Virus record (IMG/VR): IMGVR_UViG_3300050491_000011
Origin: a virus
Taxonomy: Duplodnaviria; Caudoviricetes
Direction: 5' to 3' (one strand)
Length of the DNA stretch: 64,000 nucleotides
This document shows, piece by piece, positions 8,730-18,428 of this stretch. Numbering within the stretch: the first letter of the stretch is position 1; each line of letters opens with the position of its first letter. The notes beneath the pieces were generated by a model, which saw nothing but the letters and a program-made list of their open reading frames with translations, searched no databases and was not told the DNA's origin. The position numbers and the translations under genes are program-made.

Positions 8730-10382
8730 ATGTCTTTGAATGAAGTAGATCGTATCCAACACAACCTCTATCAAACACTGATGGAATCCGGTTACCTTAA
8801 AGGCGACCGTACTGGCGTGGGCACTCTCATGCTGCCTGGCCTTGTAATGGACTACGACATCAGCGACAAGAAGATCCCGCTGCCGTCGACCAAAGAAGTC
8901 TTCAACAAGTCGTGGGGCTGGGAGAACCTGATGTTCATCTCGGGTTCCAGCAACCTGAAGCTTCTGAAAGACAACAACGTCTCAATCTGGGACAACTGGT
9001 TCATTCCGGGCACTGCCGTCTACGACGAACCGAAGCGTGTTGTGTATTCGCTCGATGAGCGTATTCAGGTGGCTGTTGATGCCGGTCATCGCGACATCAT
9101 CATCCAACACATCCTCGAGTACAAGAAGTTCAACGGCAGCATCGGCAGTTACGCGGTTGTTGTGCAGGATGCCGATGGCAATCTGGTCGAATACTTCAAC
9201 CGCCCTAAAGCGTATCTCGATGCACTGTGGACCTTCCTCGGTAATCTCGGTATTCCTGAGTACAACGAGAACGGTGGTGGTAAGCCTGTCGGTATCCAGA
9301 CTCGACTGAAGCGTGTTGCGAAGAACATGACCCTCTGCTGGCACGAGATCAACAAGATCGTCTTCAACTTCGGTGATGTAGTCGCCCTAGGTGATAAGCC
9401 GTACAAGGTCGTCGTCTTCCACAAAGGTAAGTTTGTTGACGTCGAGATCAGTTCGACTAAAGTCACCGCTATCAACAAGATCATGGACAACTTCGATATT
9501 CCGAAGTACCCACTTCTGGAAGCTGATATCGGTCAAGGCAGCTACGGCGTGCAATGGCGCCGTTGGCAGGATACTCAGATCGTCAGCAGCGATCAGATCG
9601 ACGAGTACGTCGCGCAAGGTTACGAGATCGCCGGTAACCTGACCTCTGATAGTGCGTGGGGTCGTGGGATGCCAGGACCTGTCAAGATGTATCACGTCAT
9701 GCACCGCGAGATCGACCAGTTGCAGAACTGCATCGACATGCTGCGCAAGAACCCTGACGATCGCCGTATGATCGTTAACGCATGGAACCCAGGTCGTACA
9801 TGGCAAGCTGCTTTACCTCCATGCCATCTGTACTTCCAGTTCATCAGCTATCCGAAGAAAGCTGGCCAGATCCTCGATGACCTCGAGAAAGCTGGCATGC
9901 TGCAAAGTCTACGCCAAGCAATCAGCGAAGACTACGGCACTCACGTAATCGAGACTGTTCAGTCCTTCGAGAAGAAGTACGAAGAAGATGAAGAGTTCTA
10001 CGGTTATGTGAAGCGTTTCTGCGAACACGCTGTAGTTGGCGTTAATCCACGCCTTATCTCGACGCTGATGGTAATGCGCAGCAACGACTACGCTTTGGGT
10101 ATGCCGTTCAACGTAGCGCAGTATGCGGCCTTGACGCACATGGTTGCACACGTCACCGGCCATGACACTGACCGTCTGATCATTGTAGGTGGTGATTGCC
10201 ACCTGTACGTGAATCAGCTGGAAGGTATCACCAAGCAGTTGGCTCGTGAGTCCAGCGAAGATAGTGATCCTCGGTTCATTATCAAACGCAAGATTGCCGA
10301 GATTGATGACTTCACTTTCGAGGACTTCAAGATCGAGGGCTACAAACCTCAGCCAAACATCCCAATGCCTGTTGCGGTGTAA
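8730..10382 (+). CDS. thyA: thymidylate synthase with large insertions
   Basis: DRTGVGT, IWDNW, YGVQWRRW, RRMIVNAWNP, ALPPCH, RSND..GMPFN, GDCHLY motifs; 550 aa versus about 265 for the usual enzyme. Confidence 0.93.
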   Translation: MSLNEVDRIQHNLYQTLMESGYLKGDRTGVGTLMLPGLVMDYDISDKKIPLPSTKEVFNKSWGWENLMFISGSSNLKLLKDNNVSIWDNWFIPGTAVYDEPKRVVYSLDERIQVAVDAGHRDIIIQHILEYKKFNGSIGSYAVVVQDADGNLVEYFNRPKAYLDALWTFLGNLGIPEYNENGGGKPVGIQTRLKRVAKNMTLCWHEINKIVFNFGDVVALGDKPYKVVVFHKGKFVDVEISSTKVTAINKIMDNFDIPKYPLLEADIGQGSYGVQWRRWQDTQIVSSDQIDEYVAQGYEIAGNLTSDSAWGRGMPGPVKMYHVMHREIDQLQNCIDMLRKNPDDRRMIVNAWNPGRTWQAALPPCHLYFQFISYPKKAGQILDDLEKAGMLQSLRQAISEDYGTHVIETVQSFEKKYEEDEEFYGYVKRFCEHAVVGVNPRLISTLMVMRSNDYALGMPFNVAQYAALTHMVAHVTGHDTDRLIIVGGDCHLYVNQLEGITKQLARESSEDSDPRFIIKRKIAEIDDFTFEDFKIEGYKPQPNIPMPVAV

Positions 10383-10387
10383 CGGCC

Positions 10388-10765
10388 ATGATCCATTATC
10401 GTGAGTATTGGCCAGCGTTTATAGATATCGCTAGAGCGCCCATTGAGGGAGATGTTGAAACTCTCGATGACGTACTGGACATTGCTTTCATCAGGGAACG
10501 TACGGTACGGGGTGAGGTCACCTGTAAGTACGCCTTGAGTCCACACGGCACTCATGGGCATTTGTTGCGCGAGTACAACAAGGATGAGTGGTGGGTATGC
10601 GCCACTCTCTCGTCTGATGTAGATCTCGTTCCAACTGACAAGATCCCGCTCTGGGTAGCTCCTCCCAAGGTAACTATCCCGATCGAACCACCTAAGGAAC
10701 TAGGACCTCCTGTTCCTCTGGATGATCTCTTCGCAAGCGGTGTCGTTAAACGGACCGTTCGTTGA
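10388..10765 (+). CDS. hypothetical protein
   Basis: Tiled ORF after thyA. Confidence 0.55.
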   Translation: MIHYREYWPAFIDIARAPIEGDVETLDDVLDIAFIRERTVRGEVTCKYALSPHGTHGHLLREYNKDEWWVCATLSSDVDLVPTDKIPLWVAPPKVTIPIEPPKELGPPVPLDDLFASGVVKRTVR

Positions 10766-10956
10766 GCGGTAAGGCGCCGCATCCAATCGATGACCCTGAG
10801 ATAAGGTTTAAAGCCAAACTCTTAGGGTTCACCGATGAAGCTCTCGAATCCATACGCGACTCACAACTGAAAGCCTGTCTAGCGTGCCAGTTAGTCGGGA
10901 AGAAGAAGTGTGTTCGCGTATGTCAAGCGATGCGGAATAGGAATGAACTCGAATGA
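10762..10956 (+). CDS. small Cys-containing hypothetical protein
   Basis: CLAC...C..VC; overlaps neighbours by 4 nt. Confidence 0.4.
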   Translation: MSGKAPHPIDDPEIRFKAKLLGFTDEALESIRDSQLKACLACQLVGKKKCVRVCQAMRNRNELE

Positions 10957-11792
10957 ACCAACAACCGTTTACCCTTGACGGAATGGCTTTCTATAAACTC
11001 TGGAGAGAGAAACGCGATCAAGGCGCTCCATCGTACACACTCGACTCTATCACTAACTTCGCCCAACCAGGTAAGGTTGAGTATAAGCTAGACTACGAGA
11101 ACCTAGAGAAACATAAAGCTGACTACAGCGCCTACCATGAAGCAGATGCTGAAATAACTGAACGTGCTGCTAGGTTCCGTGAAACAAACCCCAACGCAAC
11201 ATTCATCGAAGCACTCACCCATTTACTACCCGGAGTAAGATTCATGACCAAAGAAACATTTCAATCACCAAAACCAAAAGACATCATCGACCTGTCGGAC
11301 GAGTTCCGGATGACCCTGATCCCAAACTCGGATGAAATCCCGGTGGCTCACGTAGCCACCATCACCACCATCGAAGAACTGTGCGAAGATCGTACAGATG
11401 TCCTGAACGTCTTCCCAGTTCAGGCTGCCTTCACTATCGACAAACGCCTTGACGGCGAGTGGGTTCAGTTGCAAGAAGCTGACTTCACGGAAACCATGTA
11501 CGGCACCCTGAAACCGTTGATCGAAGCTGAGCATCGCCGTGGCTGTGAAGCTCACGGCACTGCGTTCGATCAGCGCATGACCCCTGAATACGTCCACGTC
11601 CCAATCATCGGCCACCGCAAACATGCGGCTGAACTGATGGCGAGTCTGTCCAACAACCGTGGCAATGTCGGCGGTCACCTCAGCGTGCAGCTCGATCCAA
11701 ACGATCCAGATCCACTGATGTCCAAGAAGGCTCAGATCTTCACTGACGCGCCAATTGAACAAACCGAATACCCGGCGAAGCCAGCCGAGTAA
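10953..11792 (+). CDS. hypothetical protein
   Basis: 279-aa ORF with phage-like codon usage; hairpin at 11804-11825. Confidence 0.65.
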   Translation: MNQQPFTLDGMAFYKLWREKRDQGAPSYTLDSITNFAQPGKVEYKLDYENLEKHKADYSAYHEADAEITERAARFRETNPNATFIEALTHLLPGVRFMTKETFQSPKPKDIIDLSDEFRMTLIPNSDEIPVAHVATITTIEELCEDRTDVLNVFPVQAAFTIDKRLDGEWVQLQEADFTETMYGTLKPLIEAEHRRGCEAHGTAFDQRMTPEYVHVPIIGHRKHAAELMASLSNNRGNVGGHLSVQLDPNDPDPLMSKKAQIFTDAPIEQTEYPAKPAE

Positions 11793-11878
11793 TCACATCG
11801 AGTGCGCCGGGGAATTCCCCGGCGTAACTATCAACCTTTTTTGCTTACCCTATAGAACCAATTTCTTATCGGAGCTTC

Positions 11879-12091
11879 ATGATGTTGCGAGCATTTCTCT
11901 TTGTTGTAATCGGCGCTGCTGCTGGAAGTGCCATTCAAGCCTCTATCCACAAACCTACTGTCCAACTTAATGACGCTGCCAAACGAATGGCTGACTGTGT
12001 TGAGAAGGACAGCGTCGGCGTTATCGGCCCTGCTGAACTGAACAACGTTTATAAGCTCTGCTGGAACCACGCCACAATAACCAAGCGATAA
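11879..12091 (+). CDS. small secreted/membrane protein
   Basis: Hydrophobic N-terminus, two Cys; GGAG RBS. Confidence 0.55.
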   Translation: MMLRAFLFVVIGAAAGSAIQASIHKPTVQLNDAAKRMADCVEKDSVGVIGPAELNNVYKLCWNHATITKR

Positions 12092-12100
12092 GGATAACCC

Positions 12101-12712
12101 ATGCGTTACGGACAAGAACCACAAGTAATCGGCGAATTCCCTATCGACTTGGTTAAGGCTAAGGTCGAGATGTGTTTCGTGCAATATCTCCCGATTTTCA
12201 TGCCGGGTATGGATCGCGTGTTCATCCCAAAGAACCTGAACTGGATTCGCCCACTGGTACGTCAGATTCCATGGGAAGAAGAGACGTCGTATGTCTACGT
12301 CTCAGTGAAACACCTGTTCGTTACTCCTGACAACATGGGTAACCGCCCAGGCTGGCATTCGGATGGCTTCGGCACAGATGACCTCAACTACATCTGGACT
12401 GACCACTTCCCAACCGAGTTCTCCATTCAGGACTTCGAGCTGAGCGAAGATCACCACCTGTCTCTGATCGAACTGGAGCAGCAAGTTAAGCCTGAGAGTA
12501 TCCGCACTTACGGCGAGAACAAGCTGGTGCGTCTGGATAAGTACAACATCCACCGCCCGCCGGTTCAGGACAAGTCTGGCTTCCGTACTTTCGTGAAGAT
12601 CTCGGTCTCCAAAGAACGATACAACCTGCAAGGTAATGCTCACAACGACCTGATCGATTATGATTGGGAGATGAAGCCTCGTGACGCTATCCGCAATCCT
12701 ACGTCGGCATGA
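12101..12712 (+). CDS. putative 2-oxoglutarate/Fe(II) dioxygenase-fold protein
   Basis: RPGWHSDG (HxD), distal HRPP and R-TFVKI strand pattern. Confidence 0.5.
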   Translation: MRYGQEPQVIGEFPIDLVKAKVEMCFVQYLPIFMPGMDRVFIPKNLNWIRPLVRQIPWEEETSYVYVSVKHLFVTPDNMGNRPGWHSDGFGTDDLNYIWTDHFPTEFSIQDFELSEDHHLSLIELEQQVKPESIRTYGENKLVRLDKYNIHRPPVQDKSGFRTFVKISVSKERYNLQGNAHNDLIDYDWEMKPRDAIRNPTSA

Positions 12713-12939
12713 GTAAGACAGCTCAACGCAACCGCCAACTTTACCAGTACGGTTATAAGGTCGGACTCGGTAAAGAGAAGTTCAACTGGACTAGACGTTC
12801 CCGTAACGATGGGTGGGAAGCATTCGACCGCGGTAAGGCTGCTGGTAAGGCTGAGAGGCTACGTCGGCAGTTACTCAATGCTAATCCATGGCTTGACTTC
12901 AAGCGGTGGTTTAAGCGCATCCTACGTAAACTGTTTTAA
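12709..12939 (+). CDS. basic hypothetical protein
   Basis: Tiled ORF; hairpin at 12943-12972. Confidence 0.55.
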   Translation: MSKTAQRNRQLYQYGYKVGLGKEKFNWTRRSRNDGWEAFDRGKAAGKAERLRRQLLNANPWLDFKRWFKRILRKLF

Positions 12940-12987
12940 CAGCATACAGCCGGGGTCAATCCCCGGCTTTGTGTCAGGAGAGTTCGC

Positions 12988-13098
12988 ATGAATAAGCTAC
13001 AGATCGTTCTGGCTGTTCCAGTCGGTATCGCAGTAGTGATGGGTATTGGTCACGCTGCAATCTGGGTACATGAAATGATCAGGGCGGGTTGGCTATGA
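12988..13098 (+). CDS. 36-aa single-TM small protein
   Basis: MNKLQIVLAVPVGIAVVMGIGHAAIWVHEMIRAGWL; AGGAG RBS; ATGA overlap with next gene. Confidence 0.6.
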   Translation: MNKLQIVLAVPVGIAVVMGIGHAAIWVHEMIRAGWL

Positions 13099-13370
13099 CC
13101 GCCGCTACAGAAGTCTGGACTAAACCAGAAGACCTCACTGACGCACAGAAGGCTATTAAAGTAGTCATGCGTTGGCGTTGTCTTGAGGTGCTTCCAGATG
13201 GATGCATGAAGACTGTCGATGAGATCACCGGCGTCCTGTCTAACTTCACTCCTGCGATCATTACACTGCAAGGGTTGGAGATTGGTGATTCCGTAGAAGT
13301 ACGGGAAGGTGCTACCCGTGACCTCGATGTGGTTATTCTTTACAAAAGCGGAGTGAAGTATGAGTCTTGA
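13095..13370 (+). CDS. hypothetical protein
   Basis: Tiled ORF. Confidence 0.55.
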   Translation: MTAATEVWTKPEDLTDAQKAIKVVMRWRCLEVLPDGCMKTVDEITGVLSNFTPAIITLQGLEIGDSVEVREGATRDLDVVILYKSGVKYES

Positions 13371-13629
13371 CCTAGCGATCTATGACGGCAACGGTCTGGA
13401 AGAAGCCTGTTTCATCAATTTCACGAACGATGGGTTCCGAGAATTAATTACTCTCGGTCTTGGGCAGGTTCCTCACTGCATCACTAACGACGGCAGTCGT
13501 GCCATAGACCTCCAGATCTTCCGCCCTAAGGTCGTGAGTATTCTGGAGCAGCGTAAGATCCAGCATCCACAAACCCGTGAAATGCTCCGGGCTATTGAGC
13601 AGTATCGTTATCTGGCTATTAACCCGTAG
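13360..13629 (+). CDS. hypothetical protein
   Basis: GGAG RBS; tiled ORF. Confidence 0.55.
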   Translation: MSLDLAIYDGNGLEEACFINFTNDGFRELITLGLGQVPHCITNDGSRAIDLQIFRPKVVSILEQRKIQHPQTREMLRAIEQYRYLAINP

Positions 13630-13639
13630 GAGGCTGTAA

Positions 13640-14437
13640 ATGCCGATCATAAAGAAACACGTAATTATCTTCGGCGATCTGGAAGAGTACATCAAGCACA
13701 TCAACCGGCCGATCGAAGAACATCTCGTACTCACGCCGTTGATTGATGCGGTGAAGAAGACTCACCCTCAGGTCGTTGAACGCTCGGCTGACCTCCTGGA
13801 TTTCTTCAACACTATCGAAGAACCTGTCAGCATTACTCTTCTTGAGTTCTTCAAGGATAAGGCTGAGCTGATCCGGTCGATGGAGACTCGTGACGACTCT
13901 ATCTTCGAAGACGATGAAGAGATGGAGAACCATTGGTTCGTCTACTCCATCGCTAAGCAGTTCTTCACCGTGGCTTATGACTCCAGCTCGCTGAACGACG
14001 TACTCCGCTTCAAGCAGAGTCGTTTCCCAGCTACATGGGAGAGTGCTACTGTACCATTGCTGTTGAAGGATGGCTCTGTCGAAGAGATGTCGGAAGGCTT
14101 CGCAAACATGCTGGACATGCGGGCGTTGAGTTACAACATGTACCGTGAGGTCGACAAGCTCGCTGATACTGACGGTCGTGTCGAACTGCCGTACAAGTCG
14201 ATCTTCGACATGCAGTGCATTAACGATGAGGCTCTCCACGCCGATCCAAACGTGAAGTTCACCATCATGGTCAATCCTAATTGGGTAGATCCGGTAAAGA
14301 AGCATCGTGAGGAGCAAGAGAAGGAAGAGCTCCAACCGGTAGCACTTAGCGTTGACCGCGTTGATCAATACCTCGATGAGCTCAGCGATGCCCTAAGAGG
14401 CATGGACCCAAAGACCACTACGGTCATTAAGTTCTAA
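13640..14437 (+). CDS. acidic hypothetical protein
   Basis: AGGAGG RBS; 265 aa. Confidence 0.65.
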   Translation: MPIIKKHVIIFGDLEEYIKHINRPIEEHLVLTPLIDAVKKTHPQVVERSADLLDFFNTIEEPVSITLLEFFKDKAELIRSMETRDDSIFEDDEEMENHWFVYSIAKQFFTVAYDSSSLNDVLRFKQSRFPATWESATVPLLLKDGSVEEMSEGFANMLDMRALSYNMYREVDKLADTDGRVELPYKSIFDMQCINDEALHADPNVKFTIMVNPNWVDPVKKHREEQEKEELQPVALSVDRVDQYLDELSDALRGMDPKTTTVIKF

Positions 14438-14455
14438 GTAAAAGAAACATAGGCA

Positions 14456-14463
14456 CACATTAC
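14456..14463 (+). promoter_or_regulatory. putative early promoter box CACATTAC
   Basis: Repeat motif in intergenic gap. Confidence 0.55.
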
Positions 14464-14506
14464 AAAAGAGACCAAGCACTTAACGCTGTTCATGGGGAAA
14501 TCCATC

Positions 14507-14932
14507 ATGAGTACATTGATTCCGGAGCGTTTCTACACGCACCGAACTCTGGGCAAGATGTCGCTGTTCATCATGACCAAGTACGACGGGAAGAACGCAG
14601 ACAAGATCGAAGCTATGCTTACGAACCTGTGCCCTCAGTACTCGGGTAATATCAAGAGCGGTTTCAATCTGCCTGATCGTCGCCTGTTCCTACACACCGG
14701 TGATTATCTGACATTCTCGTACGCGACTGGATTCCAGGTGTTCAGCGAGAAAGAAATCGAACGTAACTTCAATAAAGAACCGATCCTTACTCGGCGAGCG
14801 ACCTTCTGGTTGGCTGGGTTCGTAGTCGTGCTTGCTATCGTCGGAGCTGTTATCTGGCAGATGCACGACTACGGTATTGGTTGTCCAACTCCTGCCGACA
14901 CTGGTCAGCAGGTAGGGTCTATCTTCAAATGA
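14507..14932 (+). CDS. protein with C-terminal TM helix
   Basis: FWLAGFVVVLAIVGAVIW segment. Confidence 0.6.
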   Translation: MSTLIPERFYTHRTLGKMSLFIMTKYDGKNADKIEAMLTNLCPQYSGNIKSGFNLPDRRLFLHTGDYLTFSYATGFQVFSEKEIERNFNKEPILTRRATFWLAGFVVVLAIVGAVIWQMHDYGIGCPTPADTGQQVGSIFK

Positions 14933-15006
14933 TCGCAATCTTCTAAACACAGCGCTCATCGACGGAAACGTCGGTGGGCGTTCTTTACTGCCATACGGGA
15001 GGATTT

Positions 15007-15378
15007 ATGCCTTACGACATAGTCAGGAAAAACCTGACGAGGTTGGGCACGTTGACCGGGGGTAAGTTAGGCGCCATCGACGTTATACGTGAACTGAAAC
15101 AAGGTGGTCTGAGCATCTGGCTTTCTGAAGATGCGCTTAACTACACGCGTCACACGCTGCACGAGTACAAGTATGCTGAACAGGTAACTGATGAACGAAT
15201 CATTGTGTCTTGGTTGGATCTTCCCCCACACCAGATTGGTATTCGTAGTCACTTCTACCTGCAATCAGCTGCTGGCTTATTGATGTCCGCAATGAATGAT
15301 TGGCCCATGGGCTTTCGTGCTTTAATGATTCGCCGAGCTGAACAATCCCTACAACTTTACGACAACATCGACTATTAG
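15007..15378 (+). CDS. hypothetical protein
   Basis: GGGAGG RBS before MPYDIV. Confidence 0.55.
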   Translation: MPYDIVRKNLTRLGTLTGGKLGAIDVIRELKQGGLSIWLSEDALNYTRHTLHEYKYAEQVTDERIIVSWLDLPPHQIGIRSHFYLQSAAGLLMSAMNDWPMGFRALMIRRAEQSLQLYDNIDY

Positions 15379-15389
15379 GAAAACATCGC

Positions 15390-16460
15390 ATGCCACGCAC
15401 TACCCCTACCACTTCTAAATCTGAAGTTAAGAAACCAGCCGCAGCTAAAGCTACTGTAAAGCCAGCTGTTAAACCCGCCGTTAAGCCTGCTGGCGCTAAA
15501 CCTGGTCCTAAACCCGGCGCGAAGGCAGCAGCAGCTAAACCTGCCGTCAAAGAGCCTGTCCAGAAACCAACCCGCAACATCGGCGAAGTTGAAGTGGGTC
15601 TGAAGACCGAACTCGGCGCTCTACCGAAAGGTCTGACTGATGTCCTGCCGGAAGCCATGCTGGAAATCCTCGACAGCGTCAAGGGTGATGACAAGGTCGT
15701 CAACTTCGGTGTCGGCACTCTGCCGAATGACCTCGGCTTTGTCCGCGTTTACGCCGAAGACAAACTGGTGACGATTACCGATCCAGAACATCTGCCGCGC
15801 GGGTGGGTCACTCTGGAATCGAACAAGACCCTCGGGTCGAAAGTGTTCTACATTCACACGACAAAACTGCCAGGTCACCCGCAAGAAGGCGAATACACCA
15901 CAGCCCTGCGCAATGCGTACGACGTGGCAATCAGCGAAGCTCTGCGTGATGGTGGTTACAGCGATTACATCCCAGCCGCTGTTGCAACCATCGGTACTGT
16001 GGAAGAGTTCAATCCGATGCTGACTTCGATGGAACCTATGCATCGTCGCATGCGTCGTCTTGGCCCACCGCCACAGCAATATCTCGCTCGACCTATCGGC
16101 GAACACTACAATCGTAACACCATGTCGGTATTGACCCGCAATGGTGAGACCGACTACATGTTCGTTCTCGACAACCTGATGGAAGTCAACACTTCCCGCG
16201 CCGCAGTCAATCAGGCAATCGAACGAGGCCATCAACTGGTGATCGTAACCATCGGTGAACGCAGTTTCACTGCCGCTGTGACTTTGGAAAGCTATCCAAT
16301 CGCACTCAGCACGTTGAACCAGACCCTGCTGCTCGAGTACCTCAACGATGCAGTACGTGCATTGTTGGTAACAGCGTGGTTTGACAAGATGATTACCGAC
16401 GTGGTTGTCACCGAGTTCAATACCAAGTTCGCCTACGTCACAACCGCACCAACCGCTTAA
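15390..16460 (+). CDS. protein with histone-H1/AlgP-like Lys-Pro-Ala N-terminal tail
   Basis: KKPAAAKATVKPAVKPAVKPAGAKPGPKPGAKAAAAKPAVK then a globular domain. Confidence 0.6.
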   Translation: MPRTTPTTSKSEVKKPAAAKATVKPAVKPAVKPAGAKPGPKPGAKAAAAKPAVKEPVQKPTRNIGEVEVGLKTELGALPKGLTDVLPEAMLEILDSVKGDDKVVNFGVGTLPNDLGFVRVYAEDKLVTITDPEHLPRGWVTLESNKTLGSKVFYIHTTKLPGHPQEGEYTTALRNAYDVAISEALRDGGYSDYIPAAVATIGTVEEFNPMLTSMEPMHRRMRRLGPPPQQYLARPIGEHYNRNTMSVLTRNGETDYMFVLDNLMEVNTSRAAVNQAIERGHQLVIVTIGERSFTAAVTLESYPIALSTLNQTLLLEYLNDAVRALLVTAWFDKMITDVVVTEFNTKFAYVTTAPTA

Positions 16461-16552
16461 CCGGTATACCCCACGCCAGCAGTTAGGGCGTGGGGCTACA
16501 TCTACATTTTAATTTTTGTTTGCAGTAACTTTTATTAAGGGGAGTTTAATTA

Positions 16553-17359
16553 ATGGATACTCGAGTTCGCCACCGGCCTCAACTTGTCCACATCGTCAAG
16601 TACAAGAAGACTGGCCATTACTTCATCGTTATCAGCGCCACTCAAACACTCAACCTCGACTCCATCATTAAGCGTGTCCACGATGCTGAAGCGATGGGGC
16701 CTAAACGAAGCGTCATCAACTGGCCGTTGAAAGACTTCGCCGATACTCACGCACCTGTTGTTCCTGCTGACTTTGAAGTCACCACAATGAACGGGACGTT
16801 TGATACCAGTAAGGAAGCCGCTAAAGTCGCTACAGCGCTCGCGCAACTTGAACTCGGTACAAAGCTTCTGCTCAGCACTCAAGTCGTTGACAGGTCTGAA
16901 TGGGAAGCTTATGCGCCGGCTAAAGAACGGGTGATTCGTCGTCAGTTCGAAAGAGCCAACATCGATAACCTCTCAGCACCAACGGCTGCCCTTACATGGT
17001 TCGGTGAGTTCAAGCGCTCTAATGTAGAGACAGGTATCGTCGTCTGCAAGAAAGGCGTAGAAGGTAGTCTCGTGATGTGGGCGGCTAACAGCTCATTCAC
17101 GCTTCTGACGCCGGACGTTATCGAACAGTCGAATAAGTGCATTGCTGTCGAGAAGATCGTAATGATCTCCGTCTACCTCGATCTGGTATTCAAAGACACT
17201 CGCCGCTTCCATTCCGGTAACGTCATTAAGCCGATCAAGTTCGCTCACTTCGCACCTGATCTCGTTACAGCAATGTCTGAGCTTAAAGAGTATATCGCCG
17301 ATGTCCGGAGAAGTCATACCGGCGATAGCGAATACCCGTCGTACAAGCATTGGGGCTAA
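16553..17359 (+). CDS. hypothetical protein
   Basis: GGGAG RBS; 268 aa. Confidence 0.65.
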   Translation: MDTRVRHRPQLVHIVKYKKTGHYFIVISATQTLNLDSIIKRVHDAEAMGPKRSVINWPLKDFADTHAPVVPADFEVTTMNGTFDTSKEAAKVATALAQLELGTKLLLSTQVVDRSEWEAYAPAKERVIRRQFERANIDNLSAPTAALTWFGEFKRSNVETGIVVCKKGVEGSLVMWAANSSFTLLTPDVIEQSNKCIAVEKIVMISVYLDLVFKDTRRFHSGNVIKPIKFAHFAPDLVTAMSELKEYIADVRRSHTGDSEYPSYKHWG

Positions 17360-17364
17360 GTGTC

Positions 17365-17646
17365 ATGGTTAGCCTCTCGCTGCAACTGTTCCGCGCAAGA
17401 CATTATTTCAAGATGCATGGCTTCCACGCTACATCCGAAGGACTACACGCCAAGATCGCTAGCAATGGCGTAAGGCAACGTGAGGTCAGTTTGTATACGT
17501 CTGAGTTCAAGACGTTGGCCTCTGAGAACTTCCAGCTGCGCAACTACGCCGAGGCGCTGGATGGGTTGAAACAATACGGCGTTACAATCGAACCCTGCCC
17601 AGAGCGGGGACTAAAAGCAATAACTGCACAGGGGACAGTAGAATGA
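17365..17646 (+). CDS. hypothetical protein
   Basis: Tiled ORF. Confidence 0.45.
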   Translation: MVSLSLQLFRARHYFKMHGFHATSEGLHAKIASNGVRQREVSLYTSEFKTLASENFQLRNYAEALDGLKQYGVTIEPCPERGLKAITAQGTVE

Positions 17647-18089
17647 GTAAGGTAAGCTTCCTTCCGCAACAAGTTGCATCTGGAATGTCGGTTCCGGTAA
17701 ACATGATCTCGCTGAACAGCCCGAACGATTTCACTCGGTTCTCTGTTGAGCACAAGCGTCTTCTGACGCTGAGTTTCTACCCGAACGACTATCAGGACAT
17801 GGGTGATAAAGGCCCGACTGAAGCAACCGCCAAAGCGATCGTCGACTTCATCGATAGCTGTAATGGTGAAGACATCGTGGTTCATTGTGGTGAAGGTCGT
17901 ATCCGTTCTGCTGCGGTGGCGAAGTTCATCTACCGATACTTCGATTACGATATGGACTGGGATGCTCCAGGATCTATCGGCACCACCGTCAACATGTCCA
18001 AACACCTCTACCGACTACTCGGTCGTTACTACGAGCCGATCAAGAAGGAACGTGAGGCAGCAGAACTGGCTAAGGAAGCTTCTGAATGA
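17643..18089 (+). CDS. protein-tyrosine/dual-specificity phosphatase-like (CX5R) protein
   Basis: IVVHCGEGRIRSAAVA = HC-x5-RS P-loop; upstream F.D-like loop (FYPND). Confidence 0.75.
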   Translation: MSKVSFLPQQVASGMSVPVNMISLNSPNDFTRFSVEHKRLLTLSFYPNDYQDMGDKGPTEATAKAIVDFIDSCNGEDIVVHCGEGRIRSAAVAKFIYRYFDYDMDWDAPGSIGTTVNMSKHLYRLLGRYYEPIKKEREAAELAKEASE

Positions 18090-18310
18090 TCATGTACTGG
18101 GTAGTAGCTGCAATCACGGGCGTTCTCTGCGCGCTGATCTACTGGACTGTCCACTGGTACTCCCATCGGGGTAAGCTGGGTAACTGGCGTACCTACGTGG
18201 GGTTCAAGGGTTGGTTGCGCTGGGGGTGGAAAGCTCGTTGGAACATGGTCGTACTGTTACTCGCTGTAGCTGTGTTGCACTGGGTGACGATGCCGAAAGA
18301 TTTGATTTGA
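18086..18310 (+). CDS. Trp-rich two-TM membrane protein
   Basis: Two hydrophobic segments. Confidence 0.6.
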   Translation: MIMYWVVAAITGVLCALIYWTVHWYSHRGKLGNWRTYVGFKGWLRWGWKARWNMVVLLLAVAVLHWVTMPKDLI

Positions 18311-18313
18311 CGG

Positions 18314-18349
18314 CATAGCGGCAGGGGGTGATTCCCCTGCCTTTTTTTT
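18314..18349 (+). terminator. intrinsic terminator GGCAGGGG/CCCCTGCC + U-tract
   Basis: 8-bp stem, 8 T, CATA 5' flank. Confidence 0.8.
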
Positions 18350-18373
18350 GTTAGTGTAGTTAACTTTATTACA

Positions 18374-18387
18374 GTCATACATAGTCA
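18374..18387 (+). promoter_or_regulatory. putative early promoter box (GTCATACATAGTCA)
   Basis: Shared with 5111 and 58642 copies. Confidence 0.5.
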
Positions 18388-18411
18388 GCTTACATAAACT
18401 GTATCATCAAC

Positions 18412-18424
18412 GACCGTGGAGGTC
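18412..18424 (+). promoter_or_regulatory. SD-sequestering hairpin GACC-GTGGA-GGTC
   Basis: Covarying copy; ATG at 18429. Confidence 0.65.
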
Positions 18425-18428
18425 TGTA

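Noticed and set aside
9000-9525. Intein or homing endonuclease in thyA (or in nrdJ)
   Set aside because: No C/S...HN termini and no LAGLIDADG or HNH motif; the frame is continuous.
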